Assembly (NCBI GenBank): GCA_963712515.1
Contig: CAVQIG010000002.1
Coordinates: forward strand, 9,408-73,407
DNA: 64,000 nucleotides
From: an uncultured delta proteobacterium
Lineage (GTDB): Bacteria > Desulfobacterota > Binatia > JACPRU01
Direction: 5' to 3'
The position numbers and the translations under genes were made by a program. Positions 1 to 8,939 of this stretch are shown here, one piece after another; the stretch's first letter is position 1; each line of letters opens with the position of its first letter. Under the pieces are notes generated by a model. That model was given only the letters and a program-made list of their open reading frames with translations. It searched no databases and had not been told where the DNA came from.

Positions 1-402
1 GCGGCTGGTCTCCACCTCGGCCTGCGTGACGATCTGGAGCATCTCGCGGCGGGCCCCGTCGAGGGTGTGATCGAAGTCGTCGCGCAGTTCGTCGAGGGCG
101 GCCAGCAGCGGGCGATACTGTGCCTCGTCGCGCCGGTCGAGGGCCTCGAGGAACTTCGACGCCAGTACCTCATACCTGCCGCGGTGTTCCTCGCTCCACC
201 GCCCGAGGCGGGTGTCCAATCTGGCCACAGCGACGACGTCGTCGAAGCCACCAGGCCGACCGAGTCGCTCGGCCAGCTTGGCCCGGGCCAGAGCGAGCTC
301 TTGCTCACTTTGCCGGCCCAGCTCGGCAAACTGGTCACGCAATACCTGACGGCGCTCGGGGGCAGCCGTCTCGTCGGTGGAGGCGATCACCAGCCGCCTT
401 AG
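1..402 (+). CDS. hypothetical protein, 3' part (start lies outside window)
   Basis: Open frame with strong third-position G/C bias on + strand; no recognisable family. Confidence 0.3.
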   Translation, partial: AAGLHLGLRDDLEHLAAGPVEGVIEVVAQFVEGGQQRAILCLVAPVEGLEELRRQYLIPAAVFLAPPPEAGVQSGHSDDVVEATRPTESLGQLGPGQSELLLTLPAQLGKLVTQYLTALGGSRLVGGGDHQPP

Positions 403-712
403 GACGAGGGCGCGTTCCACGGAACGCACGTTGGCACGGGCGATCGCAGCGTAGCTCGGGAAATACGTGCTCGCGAAGAACTCGAGCTCGTCGTCCACGT
501 CCTGCGACATGCGGACCATCAGCAGTGTCGCGCCCGCCATGAGCACGAGGAGCCCGGCTGCGATCGCGAAGATCTTGAAGCCAATGGTGTACCGGACGGG
601 CCACTGCCCCGCCGGACTCACGGTTCCGATTCCGCGCGGGGGCGCGGACACACGGTCACGACGAAGAGCGGAGCCCTCACGCTGCATTTGGGATCGGCCT
701 TCCATTTGGCAG

Positions 713-979
713 AAGATAGCCGCGATAAACGGCCGAAATCTACAAAATGACTTCGCGAGTGCCTTGCCGGAGCAGGGTCTTCAGCTCGCAGGCGACGAGA
801 GAGATCGAGGCCGCGGCGGAGGTGGCGAAGGAGCTCGGGCCTTGAAGACAGATTCGTGGACGAGGCAGGTGGCAGGCGAAGGCGAGCGAGTCACTCGAGA
901 GAACCTGGATCGTGCAGGAACGGGCTCACGACGACGAGATCATCATAGTGCTGCCCGTCACTGAGATCCTCGGTCAAGA
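713..979. repeat. direct repeat copy A (~267 bp): degenerate 3' remnant of a cyclase/AAA/TPR-family gene plus the last ~22 codons of a vapC
   Basis: Near-identical (~97% by eye) to 4573-4849; translated + frame gives ...LQLAGDERDRGRG...EVAKELGP, echoing the C-terminus LQATREIEAA...AEQVAKELAG of the 6309-8654 gene; its last ~70 bp (912-979) end with ...HDDEIIIVLPVTEILGQDL on + strand, the reverse complement of the vapC 3' end seen at 4760-4850. Confidence 0.8.
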
Positions 980-1155
980 CCTTGTGCGTGCCGCCGAGCG
1001 CCTACCGCATGCGCTTCCGGTCGGCGTGAACGGCCACGGACGTTCCTGCGGAGCAGGGGCGCCTCTCGACGGCGGCCTTTCTCTTTCACGTATGCTCCTC
1101 TTCTTCTTCAGCCGCGGAGAGCCGCAACCAGGGAGTCGTGATGCTCGTTGTCGCT

Positions 1156-1497
1156 TCACGGCGCAAACATCTCCTGCAACACCACCAAGGCATGCGAGAG
1201 TGTTCCAGGCGACAACCGTCCCAGTCGCCGTACTAGCCGCTCCTGATCTACGGTGCGGATTTGGTCGAGGACCACGTGACCCGCTCTTCCGGCGAATCGG
1301 CACGGAATGCGGAAGGGATACGGGTGACGGCCGGCGGTGAGGGGAGCAACAATGAAGGTCCGCAGATGCGAATTGAGCTCGTCCGGCGACACCACGGCGC
1401 AGGGTCGCATCTTCCGGATTTCAGCGCCCCGAGTCGGGTTGAGATCTACCAAGAAAACTTCCCCACGCTGGACCGCCCTGCCCGTTACCACTTCCAC
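1156..1497 (-). CDS. mazF: MazF/PemK-family mRNA interferase toxin
   Basis: Motif FLVDLNPTRGAEIRKMRPCAVVSPDELN is typical of the PemK/MazF fold; 113 aa; overlaps upstream antitoxin by 4 codons. Confidence 0.8.
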   Translation of the reverse strand: MEVVTGRAVQRGEVFLVDLNPTRGAEIRKMRPCAVVSPDELNSHLRTFIVAPLTAGRHPYPFRIPCRFAGRAGHVVLDQIRTVDQERLVRRLGRLSPGTLSHALVVLQEMFAP

Positions 1498-1733
1498 TCC
1501 GTCTCATCGAAACGAGTGGGTGTTGGAGGATGAAGAAGTTTGTCCTCGTCTCGCGCCCGAAGTAGCTTCGCGGCCTCCTCCCACCCGGCGCGTGCACGGG
1601 TCGCTGGCGCGATGATGATGGCGCCGTTACGCGCACGGACGTCGACCTCGTCCGGCAGGCCGGCCTCTTCGATCAACGGCTTCGGAAGTCTAACGCCACG
1701 GGAATTGCCGATTCGAACGATACGGGTCTTCAC
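1485..1733 (-). CDS. mazE: MazE/AbrB (SpoVT-AbrB) antitoxin
   Basis: VKTRIVRIGNSRGVRLPKPLIEEAGL swapped-hairpin motif; probable GTG start inside the longer ORF 1485..1781; translationally coupled to mazF. Confidence 0.7.
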   Translation of the reverse strand: MKTRIVRIGNSRGVRLPKPLIEEAGLPDEVDVRARNGAIIIAPATRARAGWEEAAKLLRARDEDKLLHPPTPTRFDETEWKW

Positions 1734-1872
1734 GGCCCACCTCGTGATTACGATGTAATCACAGCAGGTCCAGCTCGTCAAAGGGCAAACGGTCTAACGG
1801 CTTGCGGCTGAGCGGCCGCGCCTTTCAGCGGTCCGCTCCAGCCGCTGGTTGTTAGCCGGCCGCCGATTCCGG

Positions 1873-2730
1873 TTACTCGTCCTCAAGGTCGAAGAACTCT
1901 TCATCGATATCAAACAGGTACAACGGCAGCTTCCTGACTCCGAGTCCGCGCTCAACCAACAAGTCCGCAATGGCGGGACCATCAAGCAGGAGGATGGTGA
2001 TCGCTCCTTTCTTGTACGATGCCCCCATGGCGTCCTTGGAGAATCTGCTCGTGGTGAGAAAGACCCCGTGGTCGTACTCTCCCTGAATGGCTCCGCGGAA
2101 TCTGTCGATGTCAGGCCTCCCCACGGGGTTGTCGGTCCACCGCTTGGCCTGAAAGGCCGAACGAATGCTGATGGCTCCCTGACGGAAATCACCGTGTCCG
2201 TCGATGCCTCCATCTTGGCTCTTGCGGGTCACTTCAACGTTTCGGTAGCCCAGGTGAGCCAGAAATTCCTTGCAGAAGTGCTCAAAAGCTCGGGGGGTGA
2301 GATCTCGAAGTTCAGCGACAAGCCGTGTCCTAATCTCCTGCATGTTCGCGTTGACGAAGTCGCGCAAGCTAGTAGCGGGAGGCGCCGCGATACGTGCATC
2401 AGAACTCTGACCGGAACTGGTCGCGGTCGCTGGCGCCACGTCCTTGTCACGCAGTCGAGCACGTCCGGCCGCTGTAATCTTCCAGATTCCGCGTTGGGAG
2501 CCATCGACATGGCCGAGGTCCACGAGTCGCTGTCGAATCCACTGGACCAGGTTGGACCACTTCCGAGTCGACGGGTAGTTCTCCAGGCGCTCTTCCTGTT
2601 CCTCTGGCGTCAGTTGCGGGAATCGCTTGGCAACGAGTGGGTAGATATCACGTGGGCGACCTTCTCCCCCTAACTCAACGAGCGCTTGTAGTAGAGGAAC
2701 CTCGATCTCGGCTTGTTTGGGAAAGGGCAC
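1873..2730 (-). CDS. mrr: Mrr-family type IV restriction endonuclease (Mrr_N winged helix + Mrr catalytic domain)
   Basis: N-terminal wHTH (EIEVPLLQALVELGGEGRPRDIY), C-terminal FEHFCKEFLAHLGY...SQDGGIDGHG...QAKRW catalytic core; gene is visibly lower GC (~53%) than surroundings. Confidence 0.8.
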   Translation of the reverse strand: MPFPKQAEIEVPLLQALVELGGEGRPRDIYPLVAKRFPQLTPEEQEERLENYPSTRKWSNLVQWIRQRLVDLGHVDGSQRGIWKITAAGRARLRDKDVAPATATSSGQSSDARIAAPPATSLRDFVNANMQEIRTRLVAELRDLTPRAFEHFCKEFLAHLGYRNVEVTRKSQDGGIDGHGDFRQGAISIRSAFQAKRWTDNPVGRPDIDRFRGAIQGEYDHGVFLTTSRFSKDAMGASYKKGAITILLLDGPAIADLLVERGLGVRKLPLYLFDIDEEFFDLEDE

Positions 2731-2944
2731 TCAGTTTGTCCTCCCCGTATATGTGGCGCCGCCTAGGGCGCAAGCTGAGCTACGCGCGCTAACGGCCTCC
2801 TTGAGACAGCGCGCGTGATCCCCAGCGCCAAGTTAGGCGTCACTCCTCAACGCTTGCTTAACAACATCTGCAACCGTGTTCCTGCCAATCCCGCGCCGTT
2901 TGCAGTAACTCGACTCAATCCAGAGGGAGAGTTTCTTTGTTCCT

Positions 2945-3217
2945 TTACTTGAATTGCAAGACGGCGCAGCATCTCGCGATATTCTCTCGAGTAACAATTC
3001 TCGCGTCGTTAATGATGTGCTCCCACGTCGCGACAGTTTTTCGCGATCTGTCCGCGGGGGGCGACTCAAGCATCGGGATTCGGCAGTAGACGCACTCCTT
3101 ATCTCGCTGCCGCACCTCACGCTCAAGCCACGCCGGGATGCCCCATTTGTTCATTCGATCGCTCTGCGTAACGCCTAACGTATGGGCTTTTATCCGTAGT
3201 CCGGCGGGCGAGAGCAA
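2945..3217 (-). CDS. small HNH endonuclease
   Basis: CVYCRIP...TWEHIIND (Cys/His HNH-like motif); 90 aa; lower GC; sits between mrr and the dedA fragment. Confidence 0.5.
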   Translation of the reverse strand: MLSPAGLRIKAHTLGVTQSDRMNKWGIPAWLEREVRQRDKECVYCRIPMLESPPADRSRKTVATWEHIINDARIVTRENIARCCAVLQFK

Positions 3218-3239
3218 CGAGGAATTCGGTCGTGGATTG

Positions 3240-3533
3240 CAGGAACGCGCCGATCGATCCGGTGACGGAGGCGACGAAGACGTAAACCGTGCCTCGGGCG
3301 AGCCCGAAGATCGCGCCGGCGGTCAACGTCAAGAGCGCCGCGGGCACGAGCGCGATCACCGCGACCGCGTAGCCGAGGATGAAGACGAGCGGTCCCCACG
3401 GCCCCAGCCGATCGACCCACGCCGCGAACGCCGGCACGTAGCCGCCCGCCCGCCGTCCGAGCACGGCGAGGATCGCGATCGCCGCGAGCGCGACGAGCCC
3501 GCGGGCCGCCGTCACCCGGCTCAAAGATGCCAT
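3240..3533 (-). pseudogene. DedA/TVP38 family membrane protein, N-terminal fragment only
   Basis: LTLTAGAIFGLARGTVYVFVASVTGSIGAFL matches the TVP38/DedA core; homology stops ~100 aa in, where the ORF runs into the HNH gene region. Confidence 0.5.
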
Positions 3534-3654
3534 CGGCTGCTGAAGAGGTGGCGCGGCCGGCCGATGGTTACGATCGCCGACCGGTCACGCGAGGCGTTCA
3601 TCGCTTGCCGCTCGTTGTCGCAGAGCGCAGACTCGAAGTCGAGGCCGACACGCA

Positions 3655-3960
3655 GTGAAGCTCGAAGTCATACGCTGGAACGAGTCGGCGAAACCGCGTG
3701 ACGGCACGCTGAAGCGGCGCCTCGAAGACGAAGGCTTCGAGGTGTTTCGCTGGCGCGACGACGCGGGCGCCGACTATCAGCCGCACGCGCACGACCACGA
3801 TGAGAGCCTGTGGGTCATCCGCGGCGAGATCACGTTCGGCATCGCCGCGAACCGCTACACGCTGAAGCCCGGCGACCGGCTCATGTTGCCAAAGGGAACC
3901 GTTCACACCGCGCTCACCGGCGCCGAGGGCTGCCTCTACCTCATCGGGCAGAAAGCCTAG
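3655..3960 (+). CDS. cupin-domain protein
   Basis: 101 aa; HAHDHDESLWVIRGEITF...GDRLMLPKGTVH two-motif cupin pattern. Confidence 0.6.
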   Translation: MKLEVIRWNESAKPRDGTLKRRLEDEGFEVFRWRDDAGADYQPHAHDHDESLWVIRGEITFGIAANRYTLKPGDRLMLPKGTVHTALTGAEGCLYLIGQKA

Positions 3961-4089
3961 GCAGATTATCGGCGACCGGATACCGCCAGCGACCTGGCGG
4001 TGCGCTTGCGGGGCCGGAAGCCGGTAGGCGGGCCGTCCATTCATCCGAGCGACAGGAATCCCCCCTTGGCGAGCGCGAAGCCGAGACCG

Positions 4090-4539
4090 GGAAAGATGCC
4101 TCGCGACCTTGAAGCCGAAGCCGACGATGAGAAGCCCGATACCGAGCATCAGCATCTCCTGGCCCTCGCCGTGACGCGAGACACGCGCGGCGACGGCGTC
4201 GAGCCACGTGCTCGCCGTCCCGCCGTAGACGAGAGCGATGCCGAAGAGCAGGAACCCGGTCGCAAACGCGCCGAGGAGAAAGTACTTGAGCGCCGCCTCG
4301 TTGGAGCGGACCTCCTGGCGCCACACGCCGGCCAGCACGTACACCGCGATCGACATCACCTCGAGTCCGAGAAAGATCACGATGAGGTCGGTCGCCGCGG
4401 CCATCATCATCATCCCAGACGTCGCGAACAGCACCAGCGAGTAATACTCGCCCCCGCGCACGGAGGTGGTGGTGAGAAAGTCGACCGCCATCAGAACGGC
4501 GAGAATACTCGCGACGCAGAACAGCAGATCGAAGAACAC
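4090..4539 (-). pseudogene. nuoN: NADH-quinone oxidoreductase subunit N (NuoN/ND2), N-terminal ~150 aa fragment
   Basis: FLGLEVMSIAVYVLAG...SNEAALKYFLLGAFATGFLLFGIALVYGGT is diagnostic for NuoN; after ~150 aa the ORF degenerates into non-protein-like sequence overlapping the cupin gene. Confidence 0.6.
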
Positions 4540-4572
4540 CGCGTACTTGTCGACGATGAAGGTACCGCCGAG

Positions 4573-4849
4573 GAAGATAGCCGCGATAAACGGCCGAAAT
4601 CTACAAAATGACTCCGCGAGTGCCTCGCCCTTGCCGGAGCAGGGTCTTCAGCTCGCAGGCGACGAGAGAGATCGAGGCCGCGGGGCGGAGGTGGCGAAGG
4701 CGCTCGGGCCTTGAAGACAGATTCGTGGACGAGGCAGGTGGCAGGCGAAGGCGAGCGAGTCACTCGAGAGAACCTGGATCGTGCAGGAACGGGCTCACGA
4801 CGACGAGATCATCATAGTGCTGCCCGTCACCGAGATCCTCGGTCAAGAG
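4573..4849. repeat. direct repeat copy B (~277 bp), partner of 713-979
   Basis: Same content as copy A; here the vapC 3' end is part of an intact vapC (4760-5200). Confidence 0.8.
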
Positions 4850-5200
4850 ATAGCGACAGCCAGCGACCTGCGCCGCGGACACGATGAGCGAATCCCACCA
4901 TGAAAGGCCATGGCGGTCCTGAATGCCCCACGCGCCCTCGGTGAGCGGGCGATCGAGGGGAAGCGGACGCCAGCTGAGGAGATCCCTGACTTCTTCGCGT
5001 GCGATTTCTCGATCGAGACCCGGCCGAAGCTTTTGCGTGACCGTGACGTAGAATTCATGAAGGACCTGGATGCTCAGCCGCCCTACGCGCGCTCGCCAGA
5101 GGTGAGTCATCCATGCGTTCGCCTTTCCCTGCTTGTCGGCTTCAGACGCATCGCGTGCGTAGACGAGAACGTTCGTGTCAACGAAGGTCGGTTCGGGCAT
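4760..5200 (-). CDS. vapC: PIN-domain VapC toxin
   Basis: FVDTNVLVYA...LTEDLGDGQ PIN acidic residues; 146 aa; overlaps upstream antitoxin. Confidence 0.75.
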   Translation of the reverse strand: MPEPTFVDTNVLVYARDASEADKQGKANAWMTHLWRARVGRLSIQVLHEFYVTVTQKLRPGLDREIAREEVRDLLSWRPLPLDRPLTEGAWGIQDRHGLSWWDSLIVSAAQVAGCRYLLTEDLGDGQHYDDLVVVSPFLHDPGSLE

Positions 5201-5420
5201 GCAGCTCGTCCCGTTTGGGGTAGCTTTGGGAGCTCGCCTTCAACTCCACGGGCTTTCGTCGGCTATACCGTCGCATCGCGTGCTCGTAGTCATCCTCTTC
5301 GAGCATCCGCTGGCGCAGCAGCTCTCCGACGAGCCTCGACACACTGGTATTTTGCTGAGCGGCCCAGACCCTTGCCCACCGGGCGACCTCCTCGTCGACG
5401 GTTATCGTGATGTTCTTCAC
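5178..5420 (-). CDS. vapB: VapB-type antitoxin (ribbon-helix-helix/CopG-like)
   Basis: KNITITVDEEVARWARVWAAQQNTSVSRLVGELLRQRM RHH pattern; overlaps vapC start. Confidence 0.55.
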   Translation of the reverse strand: MKNITITVDEEVARWARVWAAQQNTSVSRLVGELLRQRMLEEDDYEHAMRRYSRRKPVELKASSQSYPKRDELHARTDLR

Positions 5421-5640
5421 TAACACGAAACTAGTGTTCCACGAATCTCGTGTCAATTATAGGCCTAGCGCTTACGAGTAAGATTCCCCCATGATTTCGC
5501 ATACTGAGAGCACTTGGATGAGCCTTGCTGCTCGAGCCTCTGGGTAGCGCCGAGATGGGAGCGGCGAGATGCGACGCGCCGGAGTCGTCTGCCAGTGCGT
5601 TCGTGTTGTCGGCATACCCAAGGGATGCTATTGGCATCCC

Positions 5641-5877
5641 ATGGCTAATCTCCAGGTCAAGAATGTGCCCGAGCGCCTGCACCAACGAATCCGCGCTTAT
5701 GCCCGCCGTAAGGGGCGAACAGTCAGGGACGTGGTCCTCGACGCGGTGAACCGGGAAATCGAGCGCGAGGAATTCCGCGCCCGCCTGGCGAAGCGTTCTC
5801 CCGTCGATCTCGGGCGGCCGGCAGCGCGCACGCTGGAAGAAGTTCGCGCCGGACGTGGGCAGGAACTGCGCGATTGA
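5641..5877 (+). CDS. RHH (Arc/FitA-like) antitoxin of second VapBC pair
   Basis: MANLQVKNVPERLHQRIRAYARRKGRTVRDVVLDAV; 4-bp overlap with downstream PIN gene. Confidence 0.6.
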   Translation: MANLQVKNVPERLHQRIRAYARRKGRTVRDVVLDAVNREIEREEFRARLAKRSPVDLGRPAARTLEEVRAGRGQELRD

Positions 5878-6272
5878 TCCTCGTGATCGACGCTTCCGCG
5901 GCCGTCGAGTACCTGCTTCAGACGGCTCTCGGCCTGCAGGTCGGCGGGCTCCTGGAGGAGGCGGATCTCGTCGCTCCCGAGCTGCTCGATGCCGAGGTGC
6001 TCGCGGTGTTGCGGCGAGAGGTCGGATCCGGGCGACTCACCCAAGGCCGCGCCGCTGAAGCGGTCGACGACCTGCGCGACTGGGGCATACAGCGACTTCC
6101 TCATCGTCCACTGCTTCGGCAGGCATGGTCACTCCGCGGGCACGTGACGGCCTACGATGCACTCTACGTGGCGGCGGCGCGGTTCCGGAACGCCGCCCTC
6201 GTCACCGCCGATGGCCCACTCGCTCGGGCCCCAGCCCTCGGCGTGGTGGTGCACAACGCGCGCTTGATATGA
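5874..6272 (+). CDS. PIN-domain VapC toxin (second pair)
   Basis: MILVIDASAAVEYLL...LDAEVLAVLRREV...YDALYVAAA PIN signature; 132 aa. Confidence 0.75.
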   Translation: MILVIDASAAVEYLLQTALGLQVGGLLEEADLVAPELLDAEVLAVLRREVGSGRLTQGRAAEAVDDLRDWGIQRLPHRPLLRQAWSLRGHVTAYDALYVAAARFRNAALVTADGPLARAPALGVVVHNARLI

Positions 6273-6308
6273 GGCGCTGCTGTCGCCAAGGCGATCGAAC
6301 AAAAGACG

Positions 6309-8654
6309 ATGCGCTGTCCAGCCTGCGGGCACGAGAACACGACGGGCGTAAAGTTCTGCGGCGAGTGTGGTGCATCGCTGAAGCTCGAGTGCTCGAGCTG
6401 CGGCTTCGAGAACGCGCCCGGAATCAAGTTTTGCGGCGAGTGCGGGCGGCGGCTCGCTGAATTCGCGAAGCCAGCGCCAGCGCCCGACCCACGCGCGTAC
6501 ACGCCGAAGCACCTCGCCGAGAAGATCCTCACCTCGCGCTCCGCTCTCGAAGGCGAGCGCAAACTGGTCACGGTCCTCTTCGCGGACGTGAAGGGGTCGA
6601 TGGATCTCGCCGAGCAGGTCGATCCCGAAGAGTGGCACAAGATCATGGACCGCTTCTTCGCGATCCTCTCCGACGGGATCCATCGGGCACCCAGGTTCTT
6701 CGTGTGGTGAACTTCCGCCCCGAGTATCACGCCCGCTGGATGCAGAAGTCATACTACCAGCAGCTTCCGCTCCTCCCGCTCAATCCGGAAGCGATCGCGG
6801 AGCTGCTGACGGATCTTCTCGGCAACGATCCGTCGCTCGCGGGTCTCGGAGGCCTGATTCGTGAGCGAACGGGCGGAAACCCGTTTTTCATCGAGGAGGT
6901 CGTCCTGTCGCTCGCCGAAGCCGGAAGTCTCGAAGGGTCGAAGGGCGCCTACAGACTGACGAAGCCGATACACGCGGTCTCGATTCCGCCCACCGTCCAG
7001 GCCGTTCTCGCCGCCCGGATCGATCGGCTTCCGGAGAAGGAGAAGCGAGTCCTCCAAACCGCGTCCGTGATCGGGAAGACGTTCTCGGAGCCGGTCCTAA
7101 AGCGCGTCGGGGAGCTTCCCGAGACGGAGCTGGCCGACGCTCTGCGGGCGCTGATTGACGCCGAGTTCCTCTACGAAGAGGCGCTCTATCCAGAGGCGGA
7201 GTACGCGTTCAAACACCCCCTCACCCAGGAGGTCGCCTATCGCTCGCAGCTCACCGAGCGAAGAGCCCGCGTCCATGCCGCGGTCGCGCGCGCGATCGAG
7301 GAGCTCGAGTCGGGGAAGCTCGGCGAGCGTGCGGCGCTTCTCGCCTACCACTGGGAGCGTGCGGGCGACGCTAGGGAAGCGGCGAAGTGGCATCGCCGCG
7401 CGGCCGAGTGGGTGGGCCTCAACAATCCCTCTGAGGCGCTGCGGCACTGGGGGAGTGTGCGGGAGCTCCTGGACGTGCTCCCGGAGACGCCGGAGAGCCT
7501 CGCCGAGAGAGCAGCCGTGCGCGCCCTGATCATGAATCACCTCGCTCGTATGGGCGATCTGGAGGACCAGGCGACCTCGCTGTTTCGAGAAGGACGGGAG
7601 CTCGCGACACGGAGCCGCGATCCTCACGTCCTCAGCCAGGTCCTGAACGGATTCGGCAGCATCCGGCTCTATGCTGGGGCCGTCGCAGAGGCCCTGGACC
7701 CGCTTCTCGAGGCGATTCGGCGCGCCGACGAGACGGAGGATGTGGGTTCGAGAGTGGTGGTTCGGTACGGCCTGTCCATGGCCTATTTTTTGGCTGGGCG
7801 GCTCCGCGACTGCCTTGCCACTGCGGAGGAAGGTCTCGGGCTCGCTCGGGGAGATCTCGACCTCGGCGCCGATCGACTCGGGTTTAGCCCGAGCCTCGGC
7901 CTCTCGTTTGTGCACGGCGGTGCGCTGAGCCTGACGGGGCATCCTTGCGAGGGCGCAACCGAGCTCGACCGGGTGATCGAGCTCGCGCGCACGTCTCAGC
8001 AGCTGGTGCCGCTCTGGAGCTCGCACGGTTATCACATCCTTCGCTGTGAGGTCACGGGCGAGGCAGTGCCCGCCCTGGCGCACGGCCGACAGGCGGTGGA
8101 CTACGCGGAGCGGACGGGGCACCAGAATGGGCGAATCTTCGCCTACCTCAACCTCGGGCTCGCGAACGTCTTGAACGGGACATGGCATGATGCGCTCGAA
8201 GCCCTGGGAACGGCATTGACGATCGAAAGGGAACGTCGGCTTTCGGCGCTCGAAGGCGGCGTGCTCGCGGTGATAGCGGCGGCGCATCTCGGCCTCGGTG
8301 ATCGTGCAAGGGCCTTGACGCTCGCGGAAGAAGCGAATCGCCGTCTGCCGGCGGCGCGGCGCCCGACTCTGGGAGTTCTCGGCTCTACTCACCCGAATGC
8401 GCGCTCTCCGTGAGACCCTGGGCCTCCAGGCGACGAGAGAGATCGAGGCTGCGCTCGCCGAAGCCGACGCCTGGCTCGAGATGTCGGGCGCGAAGAGCTA
8501 CGAGCCCTTCCTCCACGTCGAGCGCGCCGAGCTGGCCCGTTTGAGGGGCGACGAGGTCGCACGCGAGCGCGAGCTCCGCGAGGCGCACCGCCTGTTCCTC
8601 GAGATTGGCGCTCCGATCCGCGCAGAACAGGTCGCGAAGGAGCTCGCCGGATGA
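6309..8654 (+). pseudogene. double-zinc-ribbon / adenylate-guanylate cyclase / AAA ATPase / TPR signal-transduction family gene with internal deletion and frameshifts
   Basis: N-terminal CPACGHEN...CGECG x2 zinc ribbons, start of cyclase domain (KLVTVLFADVKGSMDLAE), then jump to the late AAA region and TPR repeats in a second frame (6632-8413), C-terminal tail in a third frame (8397-8654). Confidence 0.6.
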
Positions 8655-8878
8655 AGTGCTCCGGGTGCAGCCATGAGAACCGGGATGCCGCCAAGTTCTG
8701 CGAACAGTGCGCGGCGCCGGTCCGGCACAGCTGCCAAGACTGCGGCGCCGAGCTTCGGGCGACCACGAAATTTTGTGACGAGTGTGCGTCGCCGGTCGTG
8801 GCCAGCGACACGAGAACGCTACCGCCGAATCCCCGCCGCGCCGGTGAGCTCTGCCGGCAACTCGGCGAGGCGGCGTAG
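8651..8878 (+). pseudogene. isolated N-terminal double-zinc-ribbon fragment of the same cyclase family
   Basis: MKCSGCSHENRDAAKFCEQCAAP...CQDCGAEL...FCDECASP then stops; last 40 bp identical (inverted) to 55331-55370. Confidence 0.5.
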
Positions 8879-8939
8879 AATCGAGATTTGCCTTTTTCCG
8901 GTACGTGAACCTTCGTTGGTTCTGAGCTACCCAATCCGA

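Noticed and set aside
4000-4611. 203-aa ORF on + strand across the nuoN fragment
   Set aside because: Antisense to a clear NuoN motif region. Charged low-complexity sequence.
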